A stretch of DNA of 64,000 nucleotides from an uncultured Actinomycetota bacterium (lineage in GTDB: Bacteria > Actinomycetota > Actinomycetes > Actinomycetales > Microbacteriaceae). The notes under the pieces were generated by a model, which was not told the DNA's origin, made no database searches, and saw nothing but the letters and a program-made list of their open reading frames with translations. Positions 11,472 to 19,441 of this stretch are shown in pieces (the stretch's first letter is position 1; every line of letters starts with the position of its first letter). The position numbers and the translations under genes were made by a program. Location: the NCBI GenBank assembly GCA_963701365.1, contig CAVOZX010000027.1:8998-72997 (forward strand), in the 5' to 3' direction.

Positions 11472-12356
11472 GTGTACTCCGCGGTCGCTCGCAACAAGCG
11501 CAACACCTGGCTCATCCTGGTCGGATTCGTCCTGCTGATCGGCGCGATCGGCCTTCTCGTCGGATGGCTGGCCGGCAACAACTGGTGGATCACCGCATTC
11601 GCTGTGGTGTTCGCGGCCGGCTACGGCGTGGCGCAGTACTTCCTCGCCGGTCGTGAGGCGCTCGCACTGGCCGGCGCTGTCGAGGTCAGCCGCACCGACG
11701 CGCCCCGCTACTACCGGCTGGTCGAGAACCTGTGCATCACCACGGGCACCCCGATGCCGCGGCTCTACGTGGTCGAGGATCCCGCGCCGAACGCTTTCGC
11801 CGCCGGGCGCTCCCCGGAGACGGCGACCATCACCGTCACCACCGGGCTGTTCGAGATCATGTCCGACCGCGAGCTGGAGGGCGTACTCGCGCACGAACTG
11901 GGACACATCCGGAACTACGACATCCGGGTGTCCCTGCTCGTGTTCGGTCTGGTCGTCGCCGTCGGCATCCTCGCGGACGTGCTGCTGCGGGTGGCGTTCT
12001 TCGGCGGCGGACGCCGGGATAGCGGACCGGCGCAGATCGTCTTCCTCATCCTGGGAGTGGTCGCCGCGGTCGCCGCGCCCCTCGTCGCCGCGGTGGTGCA
12101 GGCGGCGATCTCGCGCCAGAGGGAGTATCTGGCCGACGCCACCGGGGCCATGACCACGCGTGACCCCGAGGGCCTCGCCTCCGCGCTGGCGGCCCTCGGC
12201 GCGCACTCCGCGCCGCTGCGCCGGGCCAACACGTCCATGGCGCACCTGTGGGTGGCCGATCCGCTCAAGCCCGGTGCCGTCGCCCGCCTGTTCGCGACCC
12301 ACCCGCCGATCCCGGATCGGATCGCGCGGCTTCAGGGGATGCTCGACCGGTTCTGA
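11472..12356 (+). CDS. htpX: HtpX-like M48 zinc metalloprotease
   Basis: PNAFAAG, HELGH zinc motif, SRQREYLADA and LFATHPP; follows lemA. Confidence 0.88.
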   Translation: MYSAVARNKRNTWLILVGFVLLIGAIGLLVGWLAGNNWWITAFAVVFAAGYGVAQYFLAGREALALAGAVEVSRTDAPRYYRLVENLCITTGTPMPRLYVVEDPAPNAFAAGRSPETATITVTTGLFEIMSDRELEGVLAHELGHIRNYDIRVSLLVFGLVVAVGILADVLLRVAFFGGGRRDSGPAQIVFLILGVVAAVAAPLVAAVVQAAISRQREYLADATGAMTTRDPEGLASALAALGAHSAPLRRANTSMAHLWVADPLKPGAVARLFATHPPIPDRIARLQGMLDRF

Positions 12357-12383
12357 CCGCGCCGGCGTTCGTCCGGCTGCCGA

Positions 12384-12448
12384 TCACTCCAGGAGCTTCG
12401 CGAACCAGTCGGTCGCGTTGGGATTGCTGTTGTACGCGGGGATGGTGC
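12384..12448 (-). pseudogene. Stranded duplicate 3' end of the GNAT gene (TIPAYNSNPNATDWFAKLLE*)
   Basis: Minus-strand translation is homologous and co-terminal with the C-terminus of ORF 13106-13582 (TIPAYNSNPNATVWLRKVLG*); no upstream coding continuity. Confidence 0.85.
12412..12448. repeat. 37-bp direct repeat, left copy (att-like)
   Basis: GTCGCGTTGGGATTGCTGTTGTACGCGGGGATGGTGC, identical to 13134-13170. Confidence 0.95.
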
Positions 12449-12497
12449 CTGCCGGTGTTACCGTCGGGAATGGTGCTCGGCCATGCGATCACAGGGA

Positions 12498-12557
12498 TGG
12501 CGGCTGTCTGGCGGGTGCTTGGCGGCTGGGTGGCGGCCCGATGGCGTGGTGTTGGCG
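12498..12557 (+). repeat. Six phased TGGCG direct repeats with an 11-bp period (candidate protein-binding array)
   Basis: TGGCG starts at 12498, 12509, 12520, 12531, 12542 and 12553; the intervening 6 nt vary. Confidence 0.85.
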
Positions 12558-12583
12558 TGAACGGCGAAACGAGGATGAGGTTC

Positions 12584-13126
12584 ATGACCAAGTCACGAAT
12601 CATCGAGCTTCGACAGACACACGGCTGGACCCAGGAGCGACTGGCAACGGAGAGTGGGGTTGGCCTGCGAACCGTACAGCGATTGGAAGCGGGCGACGAC
12701 GCGAGTTTGGAGACGCTCTCTCGCGTGGCGGAAGCGTTGCGCGTGCCGGTCCGGGAACTGTTCTCGACCATCGAAGAGGGCGCGTTGAGCATCCGTGTCG
12801 AGTCGCTTGAAGCTCGTACGGCGGGGCAACAGGTTGCACGTGACCGGATCAGTAGCGCATGGCGCTGGATCTACATCGGGGTGGGCGTCATCCTTACGCT
12901 GGTCAGCTTCACCTTCGCGCAGGGACTCGTCCTGTTCCTGGGCTACTGGGTAGGTGGCTACATGATCCTGGTCGCTGTGCGACGGATCTACCTCGAACCG
13001 CACCTGGATGCGAAATATCCGCTCTCGCGAGGTGTCCAGTCCCGCCGCGAGCGCCGACGCACAAGAGCAACGGCCCCGTCCGTGGCGGATGCTGAGGTCA
13101 GCCCCTCAGCCGAGGACCTTACGTAA
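12584..13126 (+). CDS. XRE-family HTH protein with C-terminal two-TM domain
   Basis: IIELRQTHGWTQERLATESGVGLRTVQRLEAG...SLETLSRVAEAL (HTH_3 type), then hydrophobic WIYIGVGVILTLVSF and LVLFLGYWVGGYMILVAV; GAGG RBS; alternative start 12575. Confidence 0.88.
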   Translation: MTKSRIIELRQTHGWTQERLATESGVGLRTVQRLEAGDDASLETLSRVAEALRVPVRELFSTIEEGALSIRVESLEARTAGQQVARDRISSAWRWIYIGVGVILTLVSFTFAQGLVLFLGYWVGGYMILVAVRRIYLEPHLDAKYPLSRGVQSRRERRRTRATAPSVADAEVSPSAEDLT

Positions 13127-13582
13127 CCACACAGTCGCGTTGGGATTGCTGTTGTACGCGGGGATGGTGCGGTAGCCCGAGGTCCGGTACAGGTGCTGGG
13201 CGGCCACGAGAGTGCGGTTCGTGTCCAGCACGACCTGGCGCGCGCCGAGGTCCGCGGCGCGCGACTCCAGCTCGTCCATCAGGAGCCGGGACCAGCCGTG
13301 ACCCCGCGCCCGCTCCTGGATCCACACGTGCTTGACCTCGAACGTGGCGCGCCCGTCCAGGTCGTCGATGCGCCGCACCCCGCCGCATCCGACCGGATCG
13401 TCCCTCTCGTTCCGCATCACGAGGAAGACGCCCGCCGGGGGAGTGAACCGCGCCGGGTCGGGCCTGACCACCCGGTACCCGCCCGGATGCGTCGCGAAGC
13501 CCAGTTCGCGCGAGGCGAAGTACTCATCGAGCAGCCGCTCGGCGATCGGGTCGTCCGCTTGCGCGGGCAGGAAGGACGGCAC
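13106..13582 (-). CDS. GNAT-family N-acetyltransferase
   Basis: PVGCGGVR, EVKHVWI, ARGHGWSRLLM, VVLDT, AAQHLYRTSGY and IPAYNSNP; TACCGT -10 element 6 nt upstream of the GTG. Confidence 0.88.
   Translation of the reverse strand: MPSFLPAQADDPIAERLLDEYFASRELGFATHPGGYRVVRPDPARFTPPAGVFLVMRNERDDPVGCGGVRRIDDLDGRATFEVKHVWIQERARGHGWSRLLMDELESRAADLGARQVVLDTNRTLVAAQHLYRTSGYRTIPAYNSNPNATVWLRKVLG
13134..13170. repeat. 37-bp direct repeat, right copy (inside the GNAT CDS)
   Basis: Identical to 12412-12448. Confidence 0.95.
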
Positions 13583-13664
13583 CGTCCGACGGTACGCCTT
13601 CCGGCGGGCGGCCCGCCCCCGCCGCGCTCACGCTCTGCGCGTCCCCGCCCCGTAGGCTGGACGC

Positions 13665-14471
13665 ATGGCAACACGGGTGGCGATCGTCGGCGCGACGGGG
13701 AAGCTCGGCGGCATCATCCGCGCTGTGGTCGAGGCGGACGCGGATTTCGAGATCCACGCGCTCCTGTCCTCCCGCGACCAGCTCGAGAGCATCGCCGGGG
13801 CGGATCTCGTCGCGGACGCATCGACCCCCGCCGTCTCGATCGACGTGGTCAGGGCGGCGACGGAGGGCCGCATCAATCTCCTGGTGGGAACCAGCGGCTG
13901 GTCCACCGAGCGGATCGCCCTGGTGCGTCCGCTGGTCGACGCGGCGGGGACGGGCGCTGTCTTCATCCCCAACTTCTCGCTCGGCTCCGTGGTGGCCTCG
14001 GCACTCGCAGCGGCCGCGGCGGGAATGTTCGACGCGGCCGAGATCGTGGAAACCCACCGGGAGACGAAGTCGGACTCGCCCAGCGGCACCGCAGTCCGCA
14101 CCGCGGAGATGATCGCGGCGGCGCACGAGGGTCCGGTGTCCGCGCCGTTCGCCGACCAGCGGGCCCGTGGCCAGCAGGTAGCGGGGGTGCCCGTGCATTC
14201 GCTCCGCCGGCCTGGGGTGGTGGCCCGTCAGGAGGTCGTGCTATCGCGTCCCGGCGAATCGGTCACGATCCTGCACGACACGGTCGACCCCGTGCTCGCC
14301 TACTCGCCGGGCATTCGCGTCGCGCTGCGCGCGGCGCGGGATGCGCGCGGCGTGCACATCGGTCTCGAGCAGTTCCTCGATCTCGGTTTCGTGCGGGGCG
14401 CCGCGGACGCACCCGGCCCGGTGCGCGAGGACGCCGCGCCGGGTCAGGTGGCGCGCGCGACCGGGGCGTGA
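13665..14471 (+). CDS. dapB: 4-hydroxy-tetrahydrodipicolinate reductase
   Basis: VAIVGATGKLG, VGTSGW, PNFSLG and EIVETHRETKSDSPSGTA. Confidence 0.93.
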   Translation: MATRVAIVGATGKLGGIIRAVVEADADFEIHALLSSRDQLESIAGADLVADASTPAVSIDVVRAATEGRINLLVGTSGWSTERIALVRPLVDAAGTGAVFIPNFSLGSVVASALAAAAAGMFDAAEIVETHRETKSDSPSGTAVRTAEMIAAAHEGPVSAPFADQRARGQQVAGVPVHSLRRPGVVARQEVVLSRPGESVTILHDTVDPVLAYSPGIRVALRAARDARGVHIGLEQFLDLGFVRGAADAPGPVREDAAPGQVARATGA

Positions 14472-14923
14472 GCGCTCGCGTCGGGGTCGCGGTCGTCGCG
14501 GCGGCGCTCGTCCTGTACATCGCGACGGTCGCGCGGCAGGCGTGGCTGCTCCTGATCAGCGGCGACGCGGTGGGCGTGGCGATGGGCGTGGCTCTGGTCG
14601 TGCTCCCCGCCGTCGCGGTGTGGGCGCTCGTGCGCGAAGTGGTCTTCGGCGTGCGCGCCGCCGCGCTCGGCCGGCGCCTGGCCGACGAGGGCGCGCTGCC
14701 GGAGGACGAGCTCACCACCCGTCCCAGTGGTCGGGTGGTCCGGTCCGAGGCCGAGGACGTGTTCCCCCGCTACCGCGACCAGGTGGAGCGGGACCCGACC
14801 GACTGGCAGGCCTGGTATCGCCTGGGTCTCGTGTACGACGCCGCCGGCGACCGTCGACGAGCGCGGCAGGCCGTCCGCGAGGCGATCCGGCGGCATCACG
14901 CCGCGGCGGACCCGGACTCCTGA
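14468..14923 (+). CDS. Conserved two-TM membrane protein with TPR-like C-terminus
   Basis: Two hydrophobic helices, then PTDWQAWYRLGLVYDAAGDRRRAR; GTGA overlap with dapB, a usual dapB neighbour in Actinobacteria. Confidence 0.78.
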   Translation: MSARVGVAVVAAALVLYIATVARQAWLLLISGDAVGVAMGVALVVLPAVAVWALVREVVFGVRAAALGRRLADEGALPEDELTTRPSGRVVRSEAEDVFPRYRDQVERDPTDWQAWYRLGLVYDAAGDRRRARQAVREAIRRHHAAADPDS

Positions 14924-15837
14924 GGAATCGCCGCGGCGACGGCATCCTCGACGGTGGCGTGGGTGAACGCGAATCCCGAGTCCAGCAGCGCCTTCGGGAT
15001 CACCTCGACGTCGTCGGTCAGCAGGGCTGAGACCGCGTCGCGGCCGAGTACGGCCCGCAGCGCCCACGCAGGGGCGCGCACGAGGTAGGGGCGGTTCATC
15101 CTCACGGCCACCGCGAATCCGAGATCGTTGGCGGTCGCCCGATGCGGGCCGGCCAGAGTGATCGGTCCGTCCAGTTCCGCGTCGATCGCGTGCCGGATGG
15201 CGCGCACCTCGTCGTCGAGCGAGATCCATGGCCATGACTGCGTGCCGTTCCCGATCGGACCGGCCACGCCCAGGCGCGTGAGTTGCATGAGCGGCTTCAG
15301 CGCGGCGTCCGGGTGCACGATCGGCGCGGTGCGCAGCAGTACCGTCCGGGCGCGGTCCCCGGCGGTCAGAGCTGCGTCCTCCCATGCGGCGCACAGTCGC
15401 GCCAGGAACGTCTCCCCGGCGGGTGCCGTCTCCGTCAGCCCGACGCCGTAGTCCCCGTAGTACCCGACCGCGGATGCCGACACGAATGCGGGTGCGTCGT
15501 CACCGAGGGAGCGGATCGCCGTCGCGAGTGTGCGCGTCGGGGTCAGGCGCGACCAGAGGAGTTCGCTGCGGTATCGGGGGGTCCACGGGAACCGTCCGAT
15601 GCTCGCTCCGTTCAGGCCCACCACCGCGCGGGCCCCGGCGATCAGCTCCGGATCCAACGGCGCGGTGGTCCGCAGCCAGGGGATCTCCGCGTCCGATCGC
15701 GGCTCGCGGCGCACCAGCACGGCGACGGGGATGCCGTCGGCCCGCAGCGACTGCGCCAGGGCCCGGCCGATGAGACCGGACGCGCCGGCCAGGACGACCC
15801 GGCCTTCGGGCACCCGTGCCGATCCGTCGTTGAGCAC
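14896..15837 (-). CDS. TIGR01777-family NAD-dependent epimerase/oxidoreductase
   Basis: VVLAGASGLIG, SASAVGYYG, FLARLCAAWE, PWISLDD and GFAFTH. Confidence 0.88.
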   Translation of the reverse strand: MLNDGSARVPEGRVVLAGASGLIGRALAQSLRADGIPVAVLVRREPRSDAEIPWLRTTAPLDPELIAGARAVVGLNGASIGRFPWTPRYRSELLWSRLTPTRTLATAIRSLGDDAPAFVSASAVGYYGDYGVGLTETAPAGETFLARLCAAWEDAALTAGDRARTVLLRTAPIVHPDAALKPLMQLTRLGVAGPIGNGTQSWPWISLDDEVRAIRHAIDAELDGPITLAGPHRATANDLGFAVAVRMNRPYLVRAPAWALRAVLGRDAVSALLTDDVEVIPKALLDSGFAFTHATVEDAVAAAIPQESGSAAA

Positions 15838-15906
15838 CGCCGCGTCCTTCCCGCCTCCGCCCCTCCCGGATGGGAGCGGGTGGTCCCAGGCTAGTCGGGG
15901 ACGCGG

Positions 15907-16485
15907 TCAGGCCGCGGGCTGCGCGCGCCCGACGATGCCCACCCGCTGCAGCAGCAGGTAGAGCTGACAGCCCAGGCACAGGCCGAACGCCGCGTTGAGG
16001 AAGGCCGCCAGGAAGGCCACCGCAGCGGCTATCGGAAGACCCCACGGGACCCCCGCCAGCTGCAGGAGCAGGCCGATCACCGAGACGAGCAGTCCCACCC
16101 CCTGCGCGAAACGCGGCGGCCGCGGATCCTCGAACTGGGTCGGGGGGGACAGGCGCGGCTGCACCAGCCGGCGGAACAGGACGCTCCACGGGGTCGTGCG
16201 CTGCGACAGCACACCCCACAGGAACAGCGCGGCGATCACCGCGAGGAGCAGGAACGCGGGGTCCGCCGCGCGCTGGCCCACCGTCGCGGCCTGCACAGCC
16301 CACTCCGGGCCGACCCGGAACGAGTCTCCCGACAGTGGCTGGTAGGCGAACCATCCGACCGTGGCGCGGGCGGTCGAGAGGCCGGTCAGGCCCAGCACGA
16401 TGTCGATCAGCAGCAGCACCGAGGTGATCGCCGCGGCGAACCGCGGCCCACGCACGTCGATGCGGCCAGGTGCCGTCTCACGCAT
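15907..16485 (-). CDS. DUF4395 membrane protein
   Basis: IDVRGPRFAA, EDPRPPRFAQGVG and AAFLNAAFGLCLGCQLY. Confidence 0.85.
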   Translation of the reverse strand: MRETAPGRIDVRGPRFAAAITSVLLLIDIVLGLTGLSTARATVGWFAYQPLSGDSFRVGPEWAVQAATVGQRAADPAFLLLAVIAALFLWGVLSQRTTPWSVLFRRLVQPRLSPPTQFEDPRPPRFAQGVGLLVSVIGLLLQLAGVPWGLPIAAAVAFLAAFLNAAFGLCLGCQLYLLLQRVGIVGRAQPAA

Positions 16486-16915
16486 AGCTGCTCTCCTTCG
16501 TCACGAGATCGAGTTCGCGAGCGATGGCCTCGCGCGCCGGCGCGCCGCCCATGCGGGCGCGCACGGCGCCGCGACCGTCGAGGATGAGGATGGTGGGGGT
16601 CTGCAGCACATGGAACCGCGCGGCGAGGTCGGGGCGATGGGTCAGATCGACCTCCCGGTGGGTGACGCCGACATGATCGTCGCTGATCTCGGTCAGCAGG
16701 CGGTGCACGCCGGGGCAGCGCGAGCAGTACTCGGTGCTGAACTGCAGCAGCGTCGCCCGCTCCCCGAGCCGGTCGACGCCCACCTCGGCCGCTCGCACGA
16801 TCTCCGCTCCGCCCTGGCGGCGAGTACGACGCTGCAGCCGATCGAAGGCGACACCGGCCAGGATGGCGACCACGACCAGTGCCCCGGCGAGGGAGAGGGC
16901 GAGCGGAAGATCCAT
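16478..16915 (-). CDS. Membrane-anchored thioredoxin-family protein
   Basis: N-terminal TM, LLQFSTEYCSRCP (CxxC) and VLQTPT; adjacent to DUF4395. Confidence 0.82.
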   Translation of the reverse strand: MDLPLALSLAGALVVVAILAGVAFDRLQRRTRRQGGAEIVRAAEVGVDRLGERATLLQFSTEYCSRCPGVHRLLTEISDDHVGVTHREVDLTHRPDLAARFHVLQTPTILILDGRGAVRARMGGAPAREAIARELDLVTKESSYA

Positions 16916-17018
16916 GATCATCACGCTAACCGCGGCACGAACGGGCGGATCCGACATGTCGCAGTATGACGGTCGGTGTGCTCCGCCGCTCGCGGGAGCG
17001 CGACGGTAGGCTCGCCTC

Positions 17019-17843
17019 GTGAGCGACCCCGTCCCCGCCACGGCCCCGCAGCACGCGTACGAGGATCTGCTCCGGGAGGTGCTCGAGCACGGCACGCCGA
17101 AGGCGGACCGCACCGGCACGGGAACCGTGAGCCTCTTCGGGCGCCAGCTGCGCTTCGACCTCGCCGGCGGGTTCCCGCTCGTGACCACCAAACGCGTGCA
17201 CTTCCGGTCGATCGCGTACGAACTGCTGTGGTTCCTGCGCGGCGAGTCCAACGTCCGCTGGCTCCAGGAGCACGGGGTGACCATCTGGGACGAGTGGGCG
17301 GACGCGGACGGCGAACTCGGGCCGGTCTATGGCGTGCAGTGGCGGTCCTGGTCGACGCCCGGCGGCGGCACGATCGACCAGATCGCGCAGGTCGTCGACC
17401 GGATCCGCACCGACCCCGACTCCCGTCGGCTGATCGTGAGCGCCTGGAACCCCGCCGACGTCCCGGCGATGGCGCTCGCGCCATGCCACGCCCTGTTCCA
17501 GTTCTACGTCGCCGACGGACGTCTGTCGTGCCAGCTCTACCAGCGCAGCGCCGACATGTTCCTCGGAGTCCCGTTCAACATCGCCTCCTACGCGCTGCTG
17601 ACCTCGATGGTTGCTCAGCAGACCGACCTCGAGCCGGGCGAGTTCGTGTGGACCGGCGGGGATTGTCACATCTACGACACCCATCGCGACCAGGTGCGCG
17701 AGCAGCTGCGCCGCGAGCCGCTCCCCGCCCCGCGGCTGCGCTTCGCCCGCCGCCCGGCCTCGATCTCCGACTACCGGTACGAGGATTTCATCCTCGACGA
17801 CTACCGTCATCACCCCGCCATCCGCGCGGCCGTGGCGGTATGA
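17019..17843 (+). CDS. thyA: Thymidylate synthase
   Basis: [27 protein letters not shown] and [18 protein letters not shown]. Confidence 0.97.
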   Translation: MSDPVPATAPQHAYEDLLREVLEHGTPKADRTGTGTVSLFGRQLRFDLAGGFPLVTTKRVHFRSIAYELLWFLRGESNVRWLQEHGVTIWDEWADADGELGPVYGVQWRSWSTPGGGTIDQIAQVVDRIRTDPDSRRLIVSAWNPADVPAMALAPCHALFQFYVADGRLSCQLYQRSADMFLGVPFNIASYALLTSMVAQQTDLEPGEFVWTGGDCHIYDTHRDQVREQLRREPLPAPRLRFARRPASISDYRYEDFILDDYRHHPAIRAAVAV

Positions 17844-18385
17844 CCGAGGTCGCGCTCATCTGGGCGGAGAGCCGCGACGGGGTGATCGGGTCCGGCGGCG
17901 GCATGCCGTGGCATGTGAGCGAGGACCTCGCGCACTTCAAGGAACTCACCTGGGGGGCGCCGGTGATCATGGGACGGCGGACCTGGGAGTCGCTCGACCC
18001 GCGGTTCCGGCCGCTCCCCGGCCGCCGCAATCTCGTGCTGACGGCCGCCTCGGACTGGTCGCAGCCCGGCGCCGAGCGCGCCGCCTCCCTCGCCGACGCC
18101 GTCGACAGCATGCAGGATGCCGGCACCGTGTGGGTCATCGGCGGCGGCCGGGTGTTCGCCGAGGCGATCGGCCGTGCGGACCGGCTCGAGGTGACCGAAC
18201 TGGACGTCGCCGTGGACGGAGACGTGATGGCGCCCGACCGGTCGGCCTGGCGCACCGCGGCCCTGGACCCGCCGCAGGGCTGGCGCACCTCGCGCGGCGG
18301 CATCCGCTATCGCTTCCGGACCCTCCTGCCGCCCGCGGACGCCGGCCCTCCCGGCGCCGGCGGAGCCGATAGCCTGGGAGCATGA
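17840..18385 (+). CDS. folA: Dihydrofolate reductase
   Basis: [37 protein letters not shown] and WVIGGG. Confidence 0.93.
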   Translation: MTEVALIWAESRDGVIGSGGGMPWHVSEDLAHFKELTWGAPVIMGRRTWESLDPRFRPLPGRRNLVLTAASDWSQPGAERAASLADAVDSMQDAGTVWVIGGGRVFAEAIGRADRLEVTELDVAVDGDVMAPDRSAWRTAALDPPQGWRTSRGGIRYRFRTLLPPADAGPPGAGGADSLGA

Positions 18386-19359
18386 CGCAGCCGGCCAACC
18401 CGTTCGGGCAGGTGCTGGTCGCCCTGATCACGCCCATGACGGCGGACGGTGAGGTCGACTGGCCCGCTGTCGCTCAGCACATCGACGACGTCATCGTCTC
18501 GGGCGCCGACGGAGTGGTGGTCACCGGCACCACCGGAGAGACCTCCACCCTCACCGATCCCGAGAAGATCCGGCTCGTCGAGGTCGCCAAAGAGGTGTCC
18601 GGCGGCCGCGCGAAGGTCATCACGGGGGGCGGCTCGAACGAGACCGCCCACGCCATCGAGTTGTACCGGGCCAGTGAGAAGGCCGGCGCCGACGGCATCA
18701 TGATCGTCACCCCGTACTACAACAAGCCGACCCAGGCCGGTGTCCTCACCCACTTCCGCCTCATCGCCGACGCCACTGCGCTGCCGGTGATCCTGTACGA
18801 CATCCCGGGTCGCACCGGCGTTCCGATCCGGTACGAGACGATTCTGCGGCTGGCCAAGCATCCGAACATCCTGGCCATCAAGGACGCCAAAGGGGACTTC
18901 AGCGAGGTCAGCCGCGTGCTGAACCAGACCGACCTGATGTACTTCTCGGGCGACGACGCCAACGCGCTGCCGCATCTGTCCATCGGGGCGACCGGACTGA
19001 TCGGAGTGACGGCCAACATCACGGCGGCCCCGTACCGGACCATCGTGGATGCCGTCAACGCGGGCGATCTGCGCACGGCCACCGCGATGCACAAGCGGGT
19101 GGAGCCGCTGGTGCGCGCCGTCATGACGCATGTGCCCGGAACGGTCAGCGCGAAGTACATCCTGCACGGACTGGGGCGGATCTCCAGTCCCCGGGTGCGG
19201 CTCCCGCTGGTCGGGCCCGAGGAGTGGGAGGCGGCCCTCATCGAGGACGAGCTGGCGCTGGTGGCCGACGTCCCGGGTGTGGATTTCGCGCACTTCCGGC
19301 CCGACCGCAACGCCGCCGCCGGCGGTGCGCTCCCCAAGGTTCCCGGCACGACCCGGTGA
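18382..19359 (+). CDS. dapA: 4-hydroxy-tetrahydrodipicolinate synthase
   Basis: ALITPM, GTTGE, VTPYYNKP, LYDIPGRTG and IKDA. Confidence 0.95.
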   Translation: MTQPANPFGQVLVALITPMTADGEVDWPAVAQHIDDVIVSGADGVVVTGTTGETSTLTDPEKIRLVEVAKEVSGGRAKVITGGGSNETAHAIELYRASEKAGADGIMIVTPYYNKPTQAGVLTHFRLIADATALPVILYDIPGRTGVPIRYETILRLAKHPNILAIKDAKGDFSEVSRVLNQTDLMYFSGDDANALPHLSIGATGLIGVTANITAAPYRTIVDAVNAGDLRTATAMHKRVEPLVRAVMTHVPGTVSAKYILHGLGRISSPRVRLPLVGPEEWEAALIEDELALVADVPGVDFAHFRPDRNAAAGGALPKVPGTTR

Positions 19360-19441
19360 CCTGCTGCCCGGGTGTCGGCGCGTCCGCTCCCGGGTTCGAG
19401 AATGACGGATGCGGCTACCGCCGCCCCGGAAAGGCGACTTC

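Larger units (their letters stand above)
12412..13170. mobile_element. Minimal integrated islet (722-bp unit) in the 3' end of a GNAT gene; no integrase
   Basis: Flanking perfect 37-bp direct repeats, visibly lower GC and more A/T-ending codons than the flanks, replacement gene 3' end, single cargo gene. Confidence 0.75.

Noticed and set aside
12412-12448. Classical tyrosine-recombinase core or dif-like inverted arms in the 37-bp repeat
   Set aside because: Only a 5-bp inverted repeat (CGCGT...ACGCG, 15-nt spacer) is visible, too weak to assign a recombinase family.
12498-12557. Possible CRISPR or mini-array
   Set aside because: The repeat unit is only 5-6 bp with 5-6-bp spacers, and there are no cas genes. 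Treated as a binding array instead.
10800-13200. tRNA-Leu-anchored genomic island including lemA-htpX
   Set aside because: No duplicated tRNA 3' end or integrase is visible, and lemA-htpX have host-like codon usage. The only repeat-bounded unit is 12412-13170.
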